Positions 43,693 to 53,111 of a stretch of 64,000 nt of DNA are shown here, one piece after another. The first letter of the stretch is position 1. Each line of letters starts with the position of its first letter. Source of the DNA: an uncultured Bdellovibrio sp. Its GTDB lineage: Bacteria > Bdellovibrionota > Bdellovibrionia > Bdellovibrionales > Bdellovibrionaceae. The DNA lies in NCBI GenBank assembly GCA_963932905.1, contig CAWVRN010000001.1:480001-544000 (forward strand), in the 5' to 3' direction. The notes beneath the pieces were generated by a model. That model was not told the DNA's origin and ran no database searches. It saw only the letters and a list, made by a program, of their open reading frames with translations. Both the position numbers and the translations under genes were made by a program.

Positions 43693-45491
43693 ATTTTATC
43701 GTTACCTGAACTTCTGATCGAGGAGTTCTGGTTTTCTCCAGCAGCACATTTTAAATTCTCACCCGCAGCTTCGGCTGCCGAATCAGGGACCGTACCTGAG
43801 GATATCGCACGTCTTCTTTCATTCGCATTGGGAGCTGGGCGTTTTCGACGACCAAATGAAATAATGTTAGACTTATCATTTGAGTTTTCGCCTTGTGGCT
43901 CCACTTTAAGAGAAAAATCCCGATCTTCAGAGTTCGTCCAGAACGTAATTAAAAGCTCTGTTTGGGTCACAACGATCTCTTTTATAGTTCGTCGTAATAG
44001 TCGCTTACGCATGGCTGGCGTCGCCTTAGCCCAGCCCTGCATGCACCACCGGATTTGATTTTCTACGAATAGGGTTTGCTCTTTAAAGGCAAATGGGTCA
44101 CTGGCTTTTGGATCAAGGGTTGATAAGTATTTCTCAAGGTCTTGCTTTTGTTTCGCAAGACGATTGAGTTCATCACTCGCCAGTTTCAGAGCATCTTCGC
44201 TTAATTGCATTCTAGATTGGTTTGTCCAAATCGAGGTAATGCGATTTTGAATGTCCTTAAGCTCTTTTTGTGTTCGATCAAATTCCGCAGCGCCGCCCTT
44301 TGTGTTTGCATCGGATTGTGATTTTAGAGTTTTTTCTAGATCATCAAAATATCCCTGAGTCATTAAAGCCGATCGCAATTCAGAAATCACTTTTTCTTCC
44401 AGTTCGTCCGCATTCAAGCGTGGTCTTACGACTTTTAAATCTTTTGGACGACGCGAATAATGATAATATCTATGAATGGTTCCGCTACTTCCATGACCGG
44501 CTTGGCCGACAAGTGGTATTCCTGTAATTCCACAAGTCAGTATGCTCGTCAGAAGAAAAATGCGTTTTTCAGTTTTGGACATTCGTGTGCGTTCTCTCAG
44601 TGAAGCTTCTTCAAGTAAACTTTGAGCATCGAAAAATATCTTTTCATCTAAAATCGCAGGCCATGCGGCAGGAACAATTTGATATTTTTGCCAAGGCTTC
44701 AAGTGGGACGGGTCTTCATCCTTATAGACTTTATTTACTTCTCGTTTTCCGATGTACGCGATGTTTTCAATCAATGAACCTAAGCTTTGATAATTCCAAA
44801 TTGAATTTTGATTTTCTTTTTGTTTTGTGGAAGTTCGCTTAGGTCTAATTCCTAATTCGTTAAGCTTCGCTACCGCTTTCGCACGCGAGCCTTCATCCAA
44901 AAATATTTGAAATATTTTTTGAACGATTTGAACTTCGCTTTCATTTACCACAAGCAAACCTTTTTTGTCGGGATGTTTATCGTAACCCATCGGAGCTGGG
45001 CCACCATTCACAAGACCGCGTAGTGCCCGTGAATGGCAATTCACTGCCACACGTTCACTTGTTTGCTCTCTTTCAAACTGACCTAAAATAATAATGATAT
45101 ACACAAGCATGCGCCCAATCGGGGTGCTTGTATCAAACTGTTCTTTCATCGAAAGGTAACTTGCATGATGCTTTTCTAGTTCGTTAATAAGAGAGCAGAA
45201 ATCCATCAAATTGCGTGAAAGTCGGGTTAAATCACTGACTAGAATTAAATTTATTTTCCCTTTGCGAACGTCAGACATTAGTTTTTGGTAAACAGGTCGA
45301 TTCGTCGTTCCGGCGGATACGCCCTCTTCAACGTAAAACTCGACGATATTTCCCCAGTCAGCTTGTTGACGATTTTTATACTGCACAAACTCATTGATTC
45401 TATATTTTTGCGAATCTAGCGATCCCTCAAAAACATTTACCTGATCTTCCGTTGATACTCTTATGTAGGCCCCAATCTTAAGCGACTTCAT
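43671..45491 (-). CDS. Large serine recombinase (integrase)
   Basis: YIRVSTEDQ catalytic Ser, DLTRLSRN, FEREQTSER, recombinase domain (YIGK, WPAILD), degenerate zinc ribbon, coiled coil. Confidence 0.95.
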   Translation of the reverse strand: MKSLKIGAYIRVSTEDQVNVFEGSLDSQKYRINEFVQYKNRQQADWGNIVEFYVEEGVSAGTTNRPVYQKLMSDVRKGKINLILVSDLTRLSRNLMDFCSLINELEKHHASYLSMKEQFDTSTPIGRMLVYIIIILGQFEREQTSERVAVNCHSRALRGLVNGGPAPMGYDKHPDKKGLLVVNESEVQIVQKIFQIFLDEGSRAKAVAKLNELGIRPKRTSTKQKENQNSIWNYQSLGSLIENIAYIGKREVNKVYKDEDPSHLKPWQKYQIVPAAWPAILDEKIFFDAQSLLEEASLRERTRMSKTEKRIFLLTSILTCGITGIPLVGQAGHGSSGTIHRYYHYSRRPKDLKVVRPRLNADELEEKVISELRSALMTQGYFDDLEKTLKSQSDANTKGGAAEFDRTQKELKDIQNRITSIWTNQSRMQLSEDALKLASDELNRLAKQKQDLEKYLSTLDPKASDPFAFKEQTLFVENQIRWCMQGWAKATPAMRKRLLRRTIKEIVVTQTELLITFWTNSEDRDFSLKVEPQGENSNDKSNIISFGRRKRPAPNANERRRAISSGTVPDSAAEAAGENLKCAAGENQNSSIRSSGNDKIGRGAGT

Positions 45492-45684
45492 CTAAAATCT
45501 CCTCTCGGATAACGGGACGACCTTTTCTCTGGCCAAGTAAAATAAGCTGACAGATAATTTCTTTCGCCTGGCTCATGCGAAGTTTTCCTTCCGGAGTTCT
45601 GTCATTTTCGAATCTTACTCTCACAATTAAATCCTTTGCCTTTGAAAAAGTGTCATCCGTTGTTGTTACAACTTTCAGACTCAC
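45478..45684 (-). CDS. Small protein coupled to the integrase; possible directionality factor
   Basis: 68-aa ORF overlapping both neighbours; role inferred from position only. Confidence 0.55.
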   Translation of the reverse strand: MSLKVVTTTDDTFSKAKDLIVRVRFENDRTPEGKLRMSQAKEIICQLILLGQRKGRPVIREEILDEVA

Positions 45685-45935
45685 TTAGAGCCTTTTCGTT
45701 TGGGTTTACTGAGCTCTGCACAATGATCTTTTAATTCTGTCAGCAGCTCTGATCTTTTTTTCTCGGGCCACTGATCTAAAATTCTCATGATCGATTGAAT
45801 CAATACGCTTGGCGTTCTAAAACCGCTTTCATAGTGATTCACTGGCAAGTAACTCGATAACCCAAATACTTCGGCAAGTTGCTTTTGCGTAAGCCCCATT
45901 TTTTCTCGTATTTCACGAAATTCTTTAGGCTTCAT
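45681..45935 (-). CDS. XRE-family helix-turn-helix regulator
   Basis: IREKMGLTQKQLAEVFG...VNHYESGFRTP. Confidence 0.9.
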   Translation of the reverse strand: MKPKEFREIREKMGLTQKQLAEVFGLSSYLPVNHYESGFRTPSVLIQSIMRILDQWPEKKRSELLTELKDHCAELSKPKRKGSK

Positions 45936-46354
45936 GCCGATTCCTTACTTTCTTCAACATTATCTATGATAATGTTTTGATTCAAGCTCTTTTTAGCTTT
46001 TTTCGCAGTTGGCTGTGGACCTGCGTCTAAAAATTCTTGCAGTAATAGTTCACGAATTGAATCTGGGATAACGCCAGTTTCTTTAATACGCTTCATTTTC
46101 ACCTCCATCGCCGTTATAGGATCAAAAAACAATACCCTCATATCATGGATTTCTTTCTCAGTGCAGCTAGAAACGAAACGCATAATGATATGTGACGCTA
46201 AATCTTGCTTCGTCGCTCGACCCGCATCAAATTTTTCGTCAATTCTATTTAACACCTCAACCAATGCTCTATCAGCTTCTTTAGAAATCGCAATTTTCGC
46301 CATATTTTCTTCATTTTTATTTTTTGTCTTTAGTTCCTTTTCTTCTTTATTCAT
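45932..46354 (-). CDS. Hypothetical protein, possible ribbon-helix-helix relaxosome accessory factor
   Basis: KIAISKEADRAL...TKQDLASHII strand-helix-helix pattern; GGAGG RBS before ATG 46354. Confidence 0.55.
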   Translation of the reverse strand: MNKEEKELKTKNKNEENMAKIAISKEADRALVEVLNRIDEKFDAGRATKQDLASHIIMRFVSSCTEKEIHDMRVLFFDPITAMEVKMKRIKETGVIPDSIRELLLQEFLDAGPQPTAKKAKKSLNQNIIIDNVEESKESA

Positions 46355-46390
46355 AATTACACCTCCTATTTTTAATATTTTTTTTGTATT

Positions 46391-46494
46391 ACCCACCCAG
46401 TCTCGTCCCCCGGTTCCTGTCCACCTCCAATCAACTCGTTGGGTGGGGGTGGACAGGAAAAATCGTAGATTTAGGGGGACGAGACTGGGTGGGT
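46391..46494. repeat. Nested inverted repeats; oriT or structured-RNA candidate
   Basis: Perfect 21-bp IR (46391-46411 / 46474-46494) enclosing a 16-bp IR with one T-G pair (46414-46429 / 46444-46459) and a 5-bp hairpin AAATC-GTA-GATTT. Confidence 0.9.
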
Positions 46495-46525
46495 CGCATT
46501 TGTTTGATTTTGCTTTGTATTTTCA

Positions 46526-47341
46526 TCAGGCTGCTTCCTGCTTTTTTGTATTTTTTAAAGAGACGGCAGTCTCTTTATCGTCTCGGGAAAACCTGAGCGG
46601 CTTGATTTCAAACTTCGTTAAAATCGTTAGCAAATTTTTAAACGTCATTTCTTGATCGTTAAAGCGTATATTTGTATTTAACCTCTCAGGATCAAATTCA
46701 GTTATATTAAATAGACCTGGGACTCGTTTTTTATCCGCAAACGCTCTACCGCTAAATGACTGCCTAACAACGGCCTCGGCTGAATCAGAGTCACAGGCAA
46801 ACAACATAACACTCACTTTTGAATATCCCAGATAAGCCAATGCAATCTTAGCATAACGTGACCGTGATTTTGTGGTGCGCTCAATTTCTAGTGAACATCG
46901 AACAGAACCGCCGGCGCTTGATCTTAAATCAAAAACCACATCGGGAATTTTTGGAACTTGCTCGCCACCTAAAATCGAAAATGCATCAACTGGATTTCGC
47001 ATAAGCTCATCTTCAAGCCAATACCTTGAAATTAGGTTTCGATTTTTGAGGGCCAAAATTATTCGAGCGGCGATGGCATCGTGTTCAATATAAATTGATT
47101 GCCGCGCCGGTCTTGCTGCATCACCAGAAACATTTCGGCCTTTAGGTGTTAGGATTAAAACTTTGTCACTCGCATTTGAACGACGGAAATGGCCGCATTC
47201 AACGAGCGAATTCCAATACCTAAATTTGTGAGCACGGCTCATTGGGCACATAAACTCAAAAAACAAGTCTTGTGTTAAAAAGCCCCACCGTGCGGCAAAT
47301 TCACGTGCCTCTGACACAATATCATTTCGCCAATGCCTCAT
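46526..47341 (-). CDS. Replication-relaxation (MOB_C-like, PD-(D/E)XK) relaxase
   Basis: wHTH-like N-terminus (LTPKG), EHD, KIPDVVF, LEIERTTKSRSRY; directly downstream of the coupling protein. Confidence 0.78.
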   Translation of the reverse strand: MRHWRNDIVSEAREFAARWGFLTQDLFFEFMCPMSRAHKFRYWNSLVECGHFRRSNASDKVLILTPKGRNVSGDAARPARQSIYIEHDAIAARIILALKNRNLISRYWLEDELMRNPVDAFSILGGEQVPKIPDVVFDLRSSAGGSVRCSLEIERTTKSRSRYAKIALAYLGYSKVSVMLFACDSDSAEAVVRQSFSGRAFADKKRVPGLFNITEFDPERLNTNIRFNDQEMTFKNLLTILTKFEIKPLRFSRDDKETAVSLKNTKKQEAA

Positions 47342-47631
47342 GGGGCCACCTTTTCTTGACCCGCGATAGGGACAAGAACAAAATTTCCGAGTTCAATTTG
47401 GCCATCAACTAAACCGGCCTCGCGCCATTCTAAAATATAATTGGAACTCAATTTATCTTTTAGGCTATCAGGAATTTTAAAGTCTGATCCAATATTCACC
47501 TGACGGATTCTAACTTGGCAGCTTGTTGTACCGACTAAAACGGTCCTTGCTCCTTCAGGGTTTCCGCACTTTGGTTTGCTGGCACATGATGCCAATAGAC
47601 TCAATGAGATACACAAAATAAGTTTACTCAT
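47338..47631 (-). CDS. Small lipoprotein (VirB7/TraV-like position and size)
   Basis: Lipobox LASC, 97 aa, ATGA-coupled on both sides. Confidence 0.6.
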   Translation of the reverse strand: MSKLILCISLSLLASCASKPKCGNPEGARTVLVGTTSCQVRIRQVNIGSDFKIPDSLKDKLSSNYILEWREAGLVDGQIELGNFVLVPIAGQEKVAP

Positions 47632-49283
47632 GAAGCCTTCCTATTTTGTTCAGTCAAAATATGGCTCATGACGTTTTCTGGAGTATTCTGCGCTATCACC
47701 AGCGCTTCTTTATCCGTCTCGATTTTTTTGGCTATGCTTACCGGTTCTGATTTTTTTATTTTCGGAATAACTGGTTTATCCAAATCAAAGGATTTTTTAA
47801 ACTTTAGCCGAATTGGTAGACTTCCTTTTTCGTGCGGTAGAATTAGAACAGCTTCACCGATACCCATTGTTTGTTTAAAGATGTTAGGATGAAACTTGAA
47901 TTCTTCAACATCACGCACCGATCCATCACCAGTCTTTTCTGAACCAAAAAGACTTTGCTTTTGCCGTTCGGTAACTTTTGATCCTTCGCAGGTGCCAATG
48001 ACTTCTGAAAAATAGCTAGCCGACTCCGGCTCATTGGTTCGCATGAATACCTTTAAGTTGGAATTGGTCAGTATGGTATTCATGACGCCATCACCAAGGG
48101 CCTTCAAATCACCAAGGGCTTGATGGGCAAACACAATTCCGACATTGGCACTTCGCGATTTATTTAAAAGTGTTACAAACCCCGGCGTTAGGTACTCCGT
48201 AAAATCATCCAGATAAACTGAAAAGAATTTCTGGCCTTGGTATTTCCCAAGATGCCTTGAGCCCACAGCGCTTTGTAAACACTGAAGAATCATTTTCCCG
48301 GTGGCTTTACCAAGTGTTGGAATCTTTAGGGCCGGAAGTTGGCAGTATACGATTTCGCCGTTTTCAAGCGCCTGCTCAAGATTAATATCCGAGTTTTCGC
48401 TATTAAAAATACCAGCTGACTCACCAACAGTAAAACTTTGCAGCTGCGCAACTAAGCCGCTTGTTCTTTGTTCGCGCTCTTCGCGTGTTAGCTTTAGGAA
48501 ATCTTTAGACCAGGATTGCAATCTTTCGTTTTTCGACTCTGCTGCTAGCTCTGATAATACCTTTTCATTCTTAAGACACTCAATGACCCGGTACGGAGTC
48601 GCTTTGATTTTCGACGCTTCTAAAATCATTAGACAATGCAGAAAAGCATCGTACTGAATGCTTTTAAAGTATTCGTTTTCAAAATTTAAGGCGTTAAATA
48701 CGCGCTCGGCGACTTCTAAGACCGATCCACCAGATAGGGGATTGAATGTGTGACTGATGCCTACATTACAAATTGATAAAATCCGAATATCCTGTTCGCG
48801 GTCGTGTTTTTTTGCATAAGCGTAGAGTTTATCCAATAGATTTGAATCTGATTTACCATCTATCATCAAGAGTCCTCGGCCCTTTTTGATATCATCAATT
48901 GCCCAAGGCAGAATTACAGACTCTGTTTTGCCTGCGTTAGTTGTGCCGACAACTTGGGTATGCATTCGTCTAAAGGTTTGCTTTATAAAAACAGATTTAC
49001 CTTTATCTGAAATCCCAGCATAAACGGCGTCTTCATTTTCCTTTGGTTTAATGACATCATTTTCGATATCTCTTTCTTCAAAAAGCGAAAGCCATTTTTT
49101 CTTTAGCTTAATGAAAGCAATTAGAATTACTGCTGTAATCAATAAGGCAATAGCTATGCGCCACTTAAAATAAAACATTACGATCTGGAATTTGTATTTT
49201 AGCCAAAGAACAAAAATCCCGAGCGTAACAACCAGTATTAAAAATCCTCTATCTGTCATGTCTGATCGATTATTTTCACTCAT
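47628..49283 (-). CDS. virD4: Type IV coupling protein (VirD4/TraD family)
   Basis: Two N-terminal TMs, Walker A GTTNAGKT, IDGK, YLDDF, KSRSA...AHQ. Confidence 0.9.
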   Translation of the reverse strand: MSENNRSDMTDRGFLILVVTLGIFVLWLKYKFQIVMFYFKWRIAIALLITAVILIAFIKLKKKWLSLFEERDIENDVIKPKENEDAVYAGISDKGKSVFIKQTFRRMHTQVVGTTNAGKTESVILPWAIDDIKKGRGLLMIDGKSDSNLLDKLYAYAKKHDREQDIRILSICNVGISHTFNPLSGGSVLEVAERVFNALNFENEYFKSIQYDAFLHCLMILEASKIKATPYRVIECLKNEKVLSELAAESKNERLQSWSKDFLKLTREEREQRTSGLVAQLQSFTVGESAGIFNSENSDINLEQALENGEIVYCQLPALKIPTLGKATGKMILQCLQSAVGSRHLGKYQGQKFFSVYLDDFTEYLTPGFVTLLNKSRSANVGIVFAHQALGDLKALGDGVMNTILTNSNLKVFMRTNEPESASYFSEVIGTCEGSKVTERQKQSLFGSEKTGDGSVRDVEEFKFHPNIFKQTMGIGEAVLILPHEKGSLPIRLKFKKSFDLDKPVIPKIKKSEPVSIAKKIETDKEALVIAQNTPENVMSHILTEQNRKAS

Positions 49284-50229
49284 ATTCATCACCTCCATCT
49301 TGTAGTTTTAAAGAACCACTTAAAACAGCGTCACATTCAGTGCCTGTTTTAAGTTCGATCCATTCACGTTCTGCTTTTAATTTTTCGCCGTAAGACTGCG
49401 CGCGGGCTTGAGCCGTTGCAGCGACCGCTCCAAGGAGTCCGTTTTCAATGCCGCCCTTGGATCGCCCAAGAACATCTGTTTCCATTGAGCCTTGAGCAAG
49501 ACCGCCAACAAAGGTCGTAATAATTTGACCGGCCGTATTCTTGACTCCATCTGAAAAGACTCGACCGATGACACCTGGCTGACCGTCTTTACTTAAAGCA
49601 CTGCCCGCGATCTTTCGAATTTTTCCACTGGGCAAAGATATCTGACTAAACCTAATCTGCGCTCGATCTGTGCCTTTTTGAAAGCTGGCCTCACCATAAA
49701 AACGAGTTCCCGCTGATAAACGCAATCCCGACTCAGTGACTGAATCTAGAATTAGCTCGGCTAACACGGGTACTGATTCCTGCGAAACAATAACGTTATC
49801 AATTAATCGAAGCGGGAGTCTTTCACCAGCGCGAAGTTGAGTTTTAGCATTCTGACCACTTCCAACGATCATCGATGTATTGTAGTTCACTTCATTTCCA
49901 CCACGCGGAACCGAAAACGAATTGACCGGAGGCCCCCATAAATTTTGAGCTGAACTTGCTTGTGTGGATCTATCTGACGGAGAACTTGAGTCTTCGTTGG
50001 TCTTTGCTTTTTCAATTTTTTCTGTAAACTCAACAGGAACCTCTGTCGGTAAGATAAAAACAACAGAAATAAATAAAACTAAGCCGATGACTGCCATATT
50101 CCGAAAGGCCTTGAAATTAAGATCCTTTTTCTGACTGACTTCATTTTCTTTAATAAAAATTGATTTTATTTTTAAAAAGAAATTTTTTATCCCGCTAAAG
50201 ATATTTTTTATTTTAGATATTACTTCCAT
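49276..50229 (-). CDS. virB10: VirB10/TrbI-like core-complex protein
   Basis: TM helix, linker, LSAGTRFYG, RAQIRF, DGQPGVIG, IELKTGT. Confidence 0.8.
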   Translation of the reverse strand: MEVISKIKNIFSGIKNFFLKIKSIFIKENEVSQKKDLNFKAFRNMAVIGLVLFISVVFILPTEVPVEFTEKIEKAKTNEDSSSPSDRSTQASSAQNLWGPPVNSFSVPRGGNEVNYNTSMIVGSGQNAKTQLRAGERLPLRLIDNVIVSQESVPVLAELILDSVTESGLRLSAGTRFYGEASFQKGTDRAQIRFSQISLPSGKIRKIAGSALSKDGQPGVIGRVFSDGVKNTAGQIITTFVGGLAQGSMETDVLGRSKGGIENGLLGAVAATAQARAQSYGEKLKAEREWIELKTGTECDAVLSGSLKLQDGGDEYE

Positions 50230-50930
50230 AACGCAACCTCGGAAATAGATATTGAATTCGTTTTTGAACCTTTCAATTCGACGCGAATGGGTTTTCCTTT
50301 AACCAGATCAGATCGTGCAATGGATACACCGATTTTAAGAGGTTTATCCATTGTTAATTTTGTACTTGATAAAAAAAGGCTATTAACAGTTTTTGAATTG
50401 TCACCTTGAAATACCCATACGTCTTCTGGTTTAATTGTCACAAACTCGTTTGGTTTTAGTTTCAGCGACAAATCAAGTAGAACAAAGTCATATTGAGAAA
50501 TACCAATTCGTTCAATTACTAAAATCAAACCGTTTGCATCGCTTGATTTTCCCGATTTCTGCCATCGTACTTGTGAATTTGCACCATCTCTGAATGACGA
50601 CAGAATATATACAATATAGTCAGCCGAATCCTGGGTAAGAGTTTGGAGCCGAATATTGTATCGCTTTTTATCGGCCACCAGATATAAATTGGTTTTGGCA
50701 CTTCCTCTAAGGGGCTTTATCGTCACAGCCTTATCAAGATATTCAATCTTGAATGCCGATTGATCACCAATGATTGCCGACTGAATGGTTTCCGGAAGCT
50801 GAATGATGGTTGCAATCCCAAGAGCCGTTCTCACTGTTAATATTTGATCGTCACTGTAAACAACTTTTCTTATGTGCGCCGACACACAAAGTGAAAAAAC
50901 AGAAACTATGATAAATATAGAATACCTCAT
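50220..50930 (-). CDS. virB9: VirB9/TrbG-like protein
   Basis: Signal peptide, TALGIATIIQLPETI...IGD...IKP...TNLYL...RY. Confidence 0.8.
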   Translation of the reverse strand: MRYSIFIIVSVFSLCVSAHIRKVVYSDDQILTVRTALGIATIIQLPETIQSAIIGDQSAFKIEYLDKAVTIKPLRGSAKTNLYLVADKKRYNIRLQTLTQDSADYIVYILSSFRDGANSQVRWQKSGKSSDANGLILVIERIGISQYDFVLLDLSLKLKPNEFVTIKPEDVWVFQGDNSKTVNSLFLSSTKLTMDKPLKIGVSIARSDLVKGKPIRVELKGSKTNSISISEVALWK

Positions 50931-51523
50931 CGCGCAGCCTCTTCAGTTTCTTTTGATATATAAACGCCCCAAGGATTCACGATGGTGCGATCATCCGTGC
51001 CGAAGTGAAAAATGAGTTTCATTTCGGTTGCGGCTTTCAGATTATCAAACTCTGTAATACGATCAGCAAGAACCGTGACCTTTTTTTCTTTTAGATCAAC
51101 AGTAATATTCTTTGGATAAACTCGCTGTTTCACTTTCTTTTCGCGAACAAATTTTTGCACTTCGAGCATTGATTTTTCAAAGGCTTGAACCAATGACGGA
51201 ACGACAAAAAACTTTGCTTTACCGAGGGATTCATTAATTGTTTTTTCATCCCAAGAGTATCGATAACTGACATATTCCTTAACCGCAGATTCGATTTGAA
51301 GATCTGTGATTTTTGTTTCAACTTTTGCAACGGCGCCTGTGCTATCTAAAGCGATAACAAGCGGTCCTTGCTTCACAAGATAGAGCACAAGCAAAACTTG
51401 CAGGAACGTAATGGCAAGAAGGCCCCCGCAAAGATACTTAATATTAAAGTTTTCTGTGGCAAACTGCTGCATGGCTTTTGGGTAGAAACTCGTTTGTAGC
51501 GTGATTTTTTTATTTGTATTCAT
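50927..51523 (-). CDS. virB8: VirB8/TrbF-like protein
   Basis: Single TM, PLVIALD, C-terminal NPWGVYI. Confidence 0.72.
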   Translation of the reverse strand: MNTNKKITLQTSFYPKAMQQFATENFNIKYLCGGLLAITFLQVLLVLYLVKQGPLVIALDSTGAVAKVETKITDLQIESAVKEYVSYRYSWDEKTINESLGKAKFFVVPSLVQAFEKSMLEVQKFVREKKVKQRVYPKNITVDLKEKKVTVLADRITEFDNLKAATEMKLIFHFGTDDRTIVNPWGVYISKETEEAAR

Positions 51524-51537
51524 AATGACACCTCCTT

Positions 51538-52413
51538 CTAAGACCCTTTGGGTCTAAATGTTGATTGAATGTTTTGAAATTTCTGACTTGCATAAGATCT
51601 TGTATTTGAAATCATTTCGCGTGATACCTGATGAACAGTGGCAATTCGGGTCGGCAATGCCACGGCAGCTAGTGCCGCAGTAGTTCCAATTGTTTGCGCG
51701 GTAGCCTGAACACCTTCGCCGATGAGGGATCGCACAATCATTGGAGTAAAAAGCATTGCAATAGCAATGACAAAGTTCATCACGATCAAAGTTAAATATG
51801 ATCCATCAGTTTGATAGATGTTTCCAAATGAGAGTGATGTGAGCATTGCCGACATAATCGCCCATATCACCTTCCATAGCGCCACTTCTATTAAGCCCTT
51901 ATAAAGATTTGCTGTAATCCCTGCTGTTTTTGGAAAGACATAGCAGAGAATCATGAGCGGCGCGCAGACCGACAAAAGCACCCAATAAAAATAATAAAGC
52001 GCAACTGTGATGTAGCGTGCGAGCAGCAAAAGCAAAAAGCTTCCAAAGCTGAGTATGGCCATAAAAAGATCATCAAATTTCAGAAGCAACACGTTTTTTG
52101 CGACCGCATAGCTTCTGGATTTTTCTTCTGCCATTCGCATGAAGGTTTCAATTCCAGACATATTGTCAATTTTAAGAGCGAGCCCGTCACAAATATCTAG
52201 AATCAAATTTGAAACTTCTGGAAATGAAGCCAGCAGCAAAGCCGCAACGAACGATCTTTTTATAATGTCTGGATAATTTGAATCACCAGATTTTAAATAC
52301 CCAAACACTACTGAAAATAAAACAGCCACCGGCAGCATGATATAAAATAAATTACTCAGGCCGTGATGAAGGTCTTTAACTAGTGATCCTAAAACTTCTA
52401 GATTTGGAGTCAT
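51538..52413 (-). CDS. virB6: VirB6/TrbL-like polytopic membrane protein
   Basis: Five to six TMs with APLMIL motif, in canonical operon position. Confidence 0.72.
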   Translation of the reverse strand: MTPNLEVLGSLVKDLHHGLSNLFYIMLPVAVLFSVVFGYLKSGDSNYPDIIKRSFVAALLLASFPEVSNLILDICDGLALKIDNMSGIETFMRMAEEKSRSYAVAKNVLLLKFDDLFMAILSFGSFLLLLLARYITVALYYFYWVLLSVCAPLMILCYVFPKTAGITANLYKGLIEVALWKVIWAIMSAMLTSLSFGNIYQTDGSYLTLIVMNFVIAIAMLFTPMIVRSLIGEGVQATAQTIGTTAALAAVALPTRIATVHQVSREMISNTRSYASQKFQNIQSTFRPKGS

Positions 52414-53111
52414 TGGCCACCTCCGATTCTTGGCAGCCTTGTGTCCTTCGGAAGGCTGCCAAAGCCTCGGGATAGCCCCTGATAGTTTTCTTGGAAGTTT
52501 TGGGTCGCAAGTTTCTCTTTTCTAGTATCATAGGCCATATTTTGAGCCATGATTTTTAGCATTTGAGATTGCGTCCGCAGTAGCTGAGTCGAAACACCGA
52601 TCAAAACCGCGAGTGCCTGATTCTGAAGTTTCCCGGCCCCTTGGGGACTAACCACTTGCGCATGAAACAAAATTTTATCTCGTTCGACATCAACTTGGTC
52701 GGCGTAGTCGTACAAATTTCTGTTCATTGAAATGACTTCAGCAACGCTTTGATCTTGCGATCGCATAAGGTCTTCATCCATGCCGCTTGGAACAACTCCA
52801 TACACCGATTGAAGAGCCCTTAGAACGGCATCAGCATTATTCAAATTACCATAGACCCCAGGGTTAAAATTGGGATTAATAATTCGAATCAAGTCAATGC
52901 CGCTCCTGACTCCCGCGTTTATGTCGCGCATGAGATCTAAAGTGTCCTTTCCGTTTTCAAGGACGTTTTTTAAAGTAATGACGGTCTGAATGGCCTGAGC
53001 TAAGATTTGAGTCAGCACCACAACATCACCTCCGAAGAGGTCCGCTTTCGCGGATCTTGGGCCAATAAAAATTATCGCTGCAATTATCATCGCAGAAAAT
53101 TTATTTTTCAT
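52410..53111 (-). CDS. VirB5/TrbJ-like protein
   Basis: Signal peptide, helical Gln-rich body, lies between VirB4 and VirB6. Confidence 0.6.
   Translation of the reverse strand: MKNKFSAMIIAAIIFIGPRSAKADLFGGDVVVLTQILAQAIQTVITLKNVLENGKDTLDLMRDINAGVRSGIDLIRIINPNFNPGVYGNLNNADAVLRALQSVYGVVPSGMDEDLMRSQDQSVAEVISMNRNLYDYADQVDVERDKILFHAQVVSPQGAGKLQNQALAVLIGVSTQLLRTQSQMLKIMAQNMAYDTRKEKLATQNFQENYQGLSRGFGSLPKDTRLPRIGGGQ

Noticed and set aside
46161..46655. 164-aa plus-strand ORF across the palindrome
   Set aside because: Antisense to two genes, no RBS, composition explained by the opposite strand
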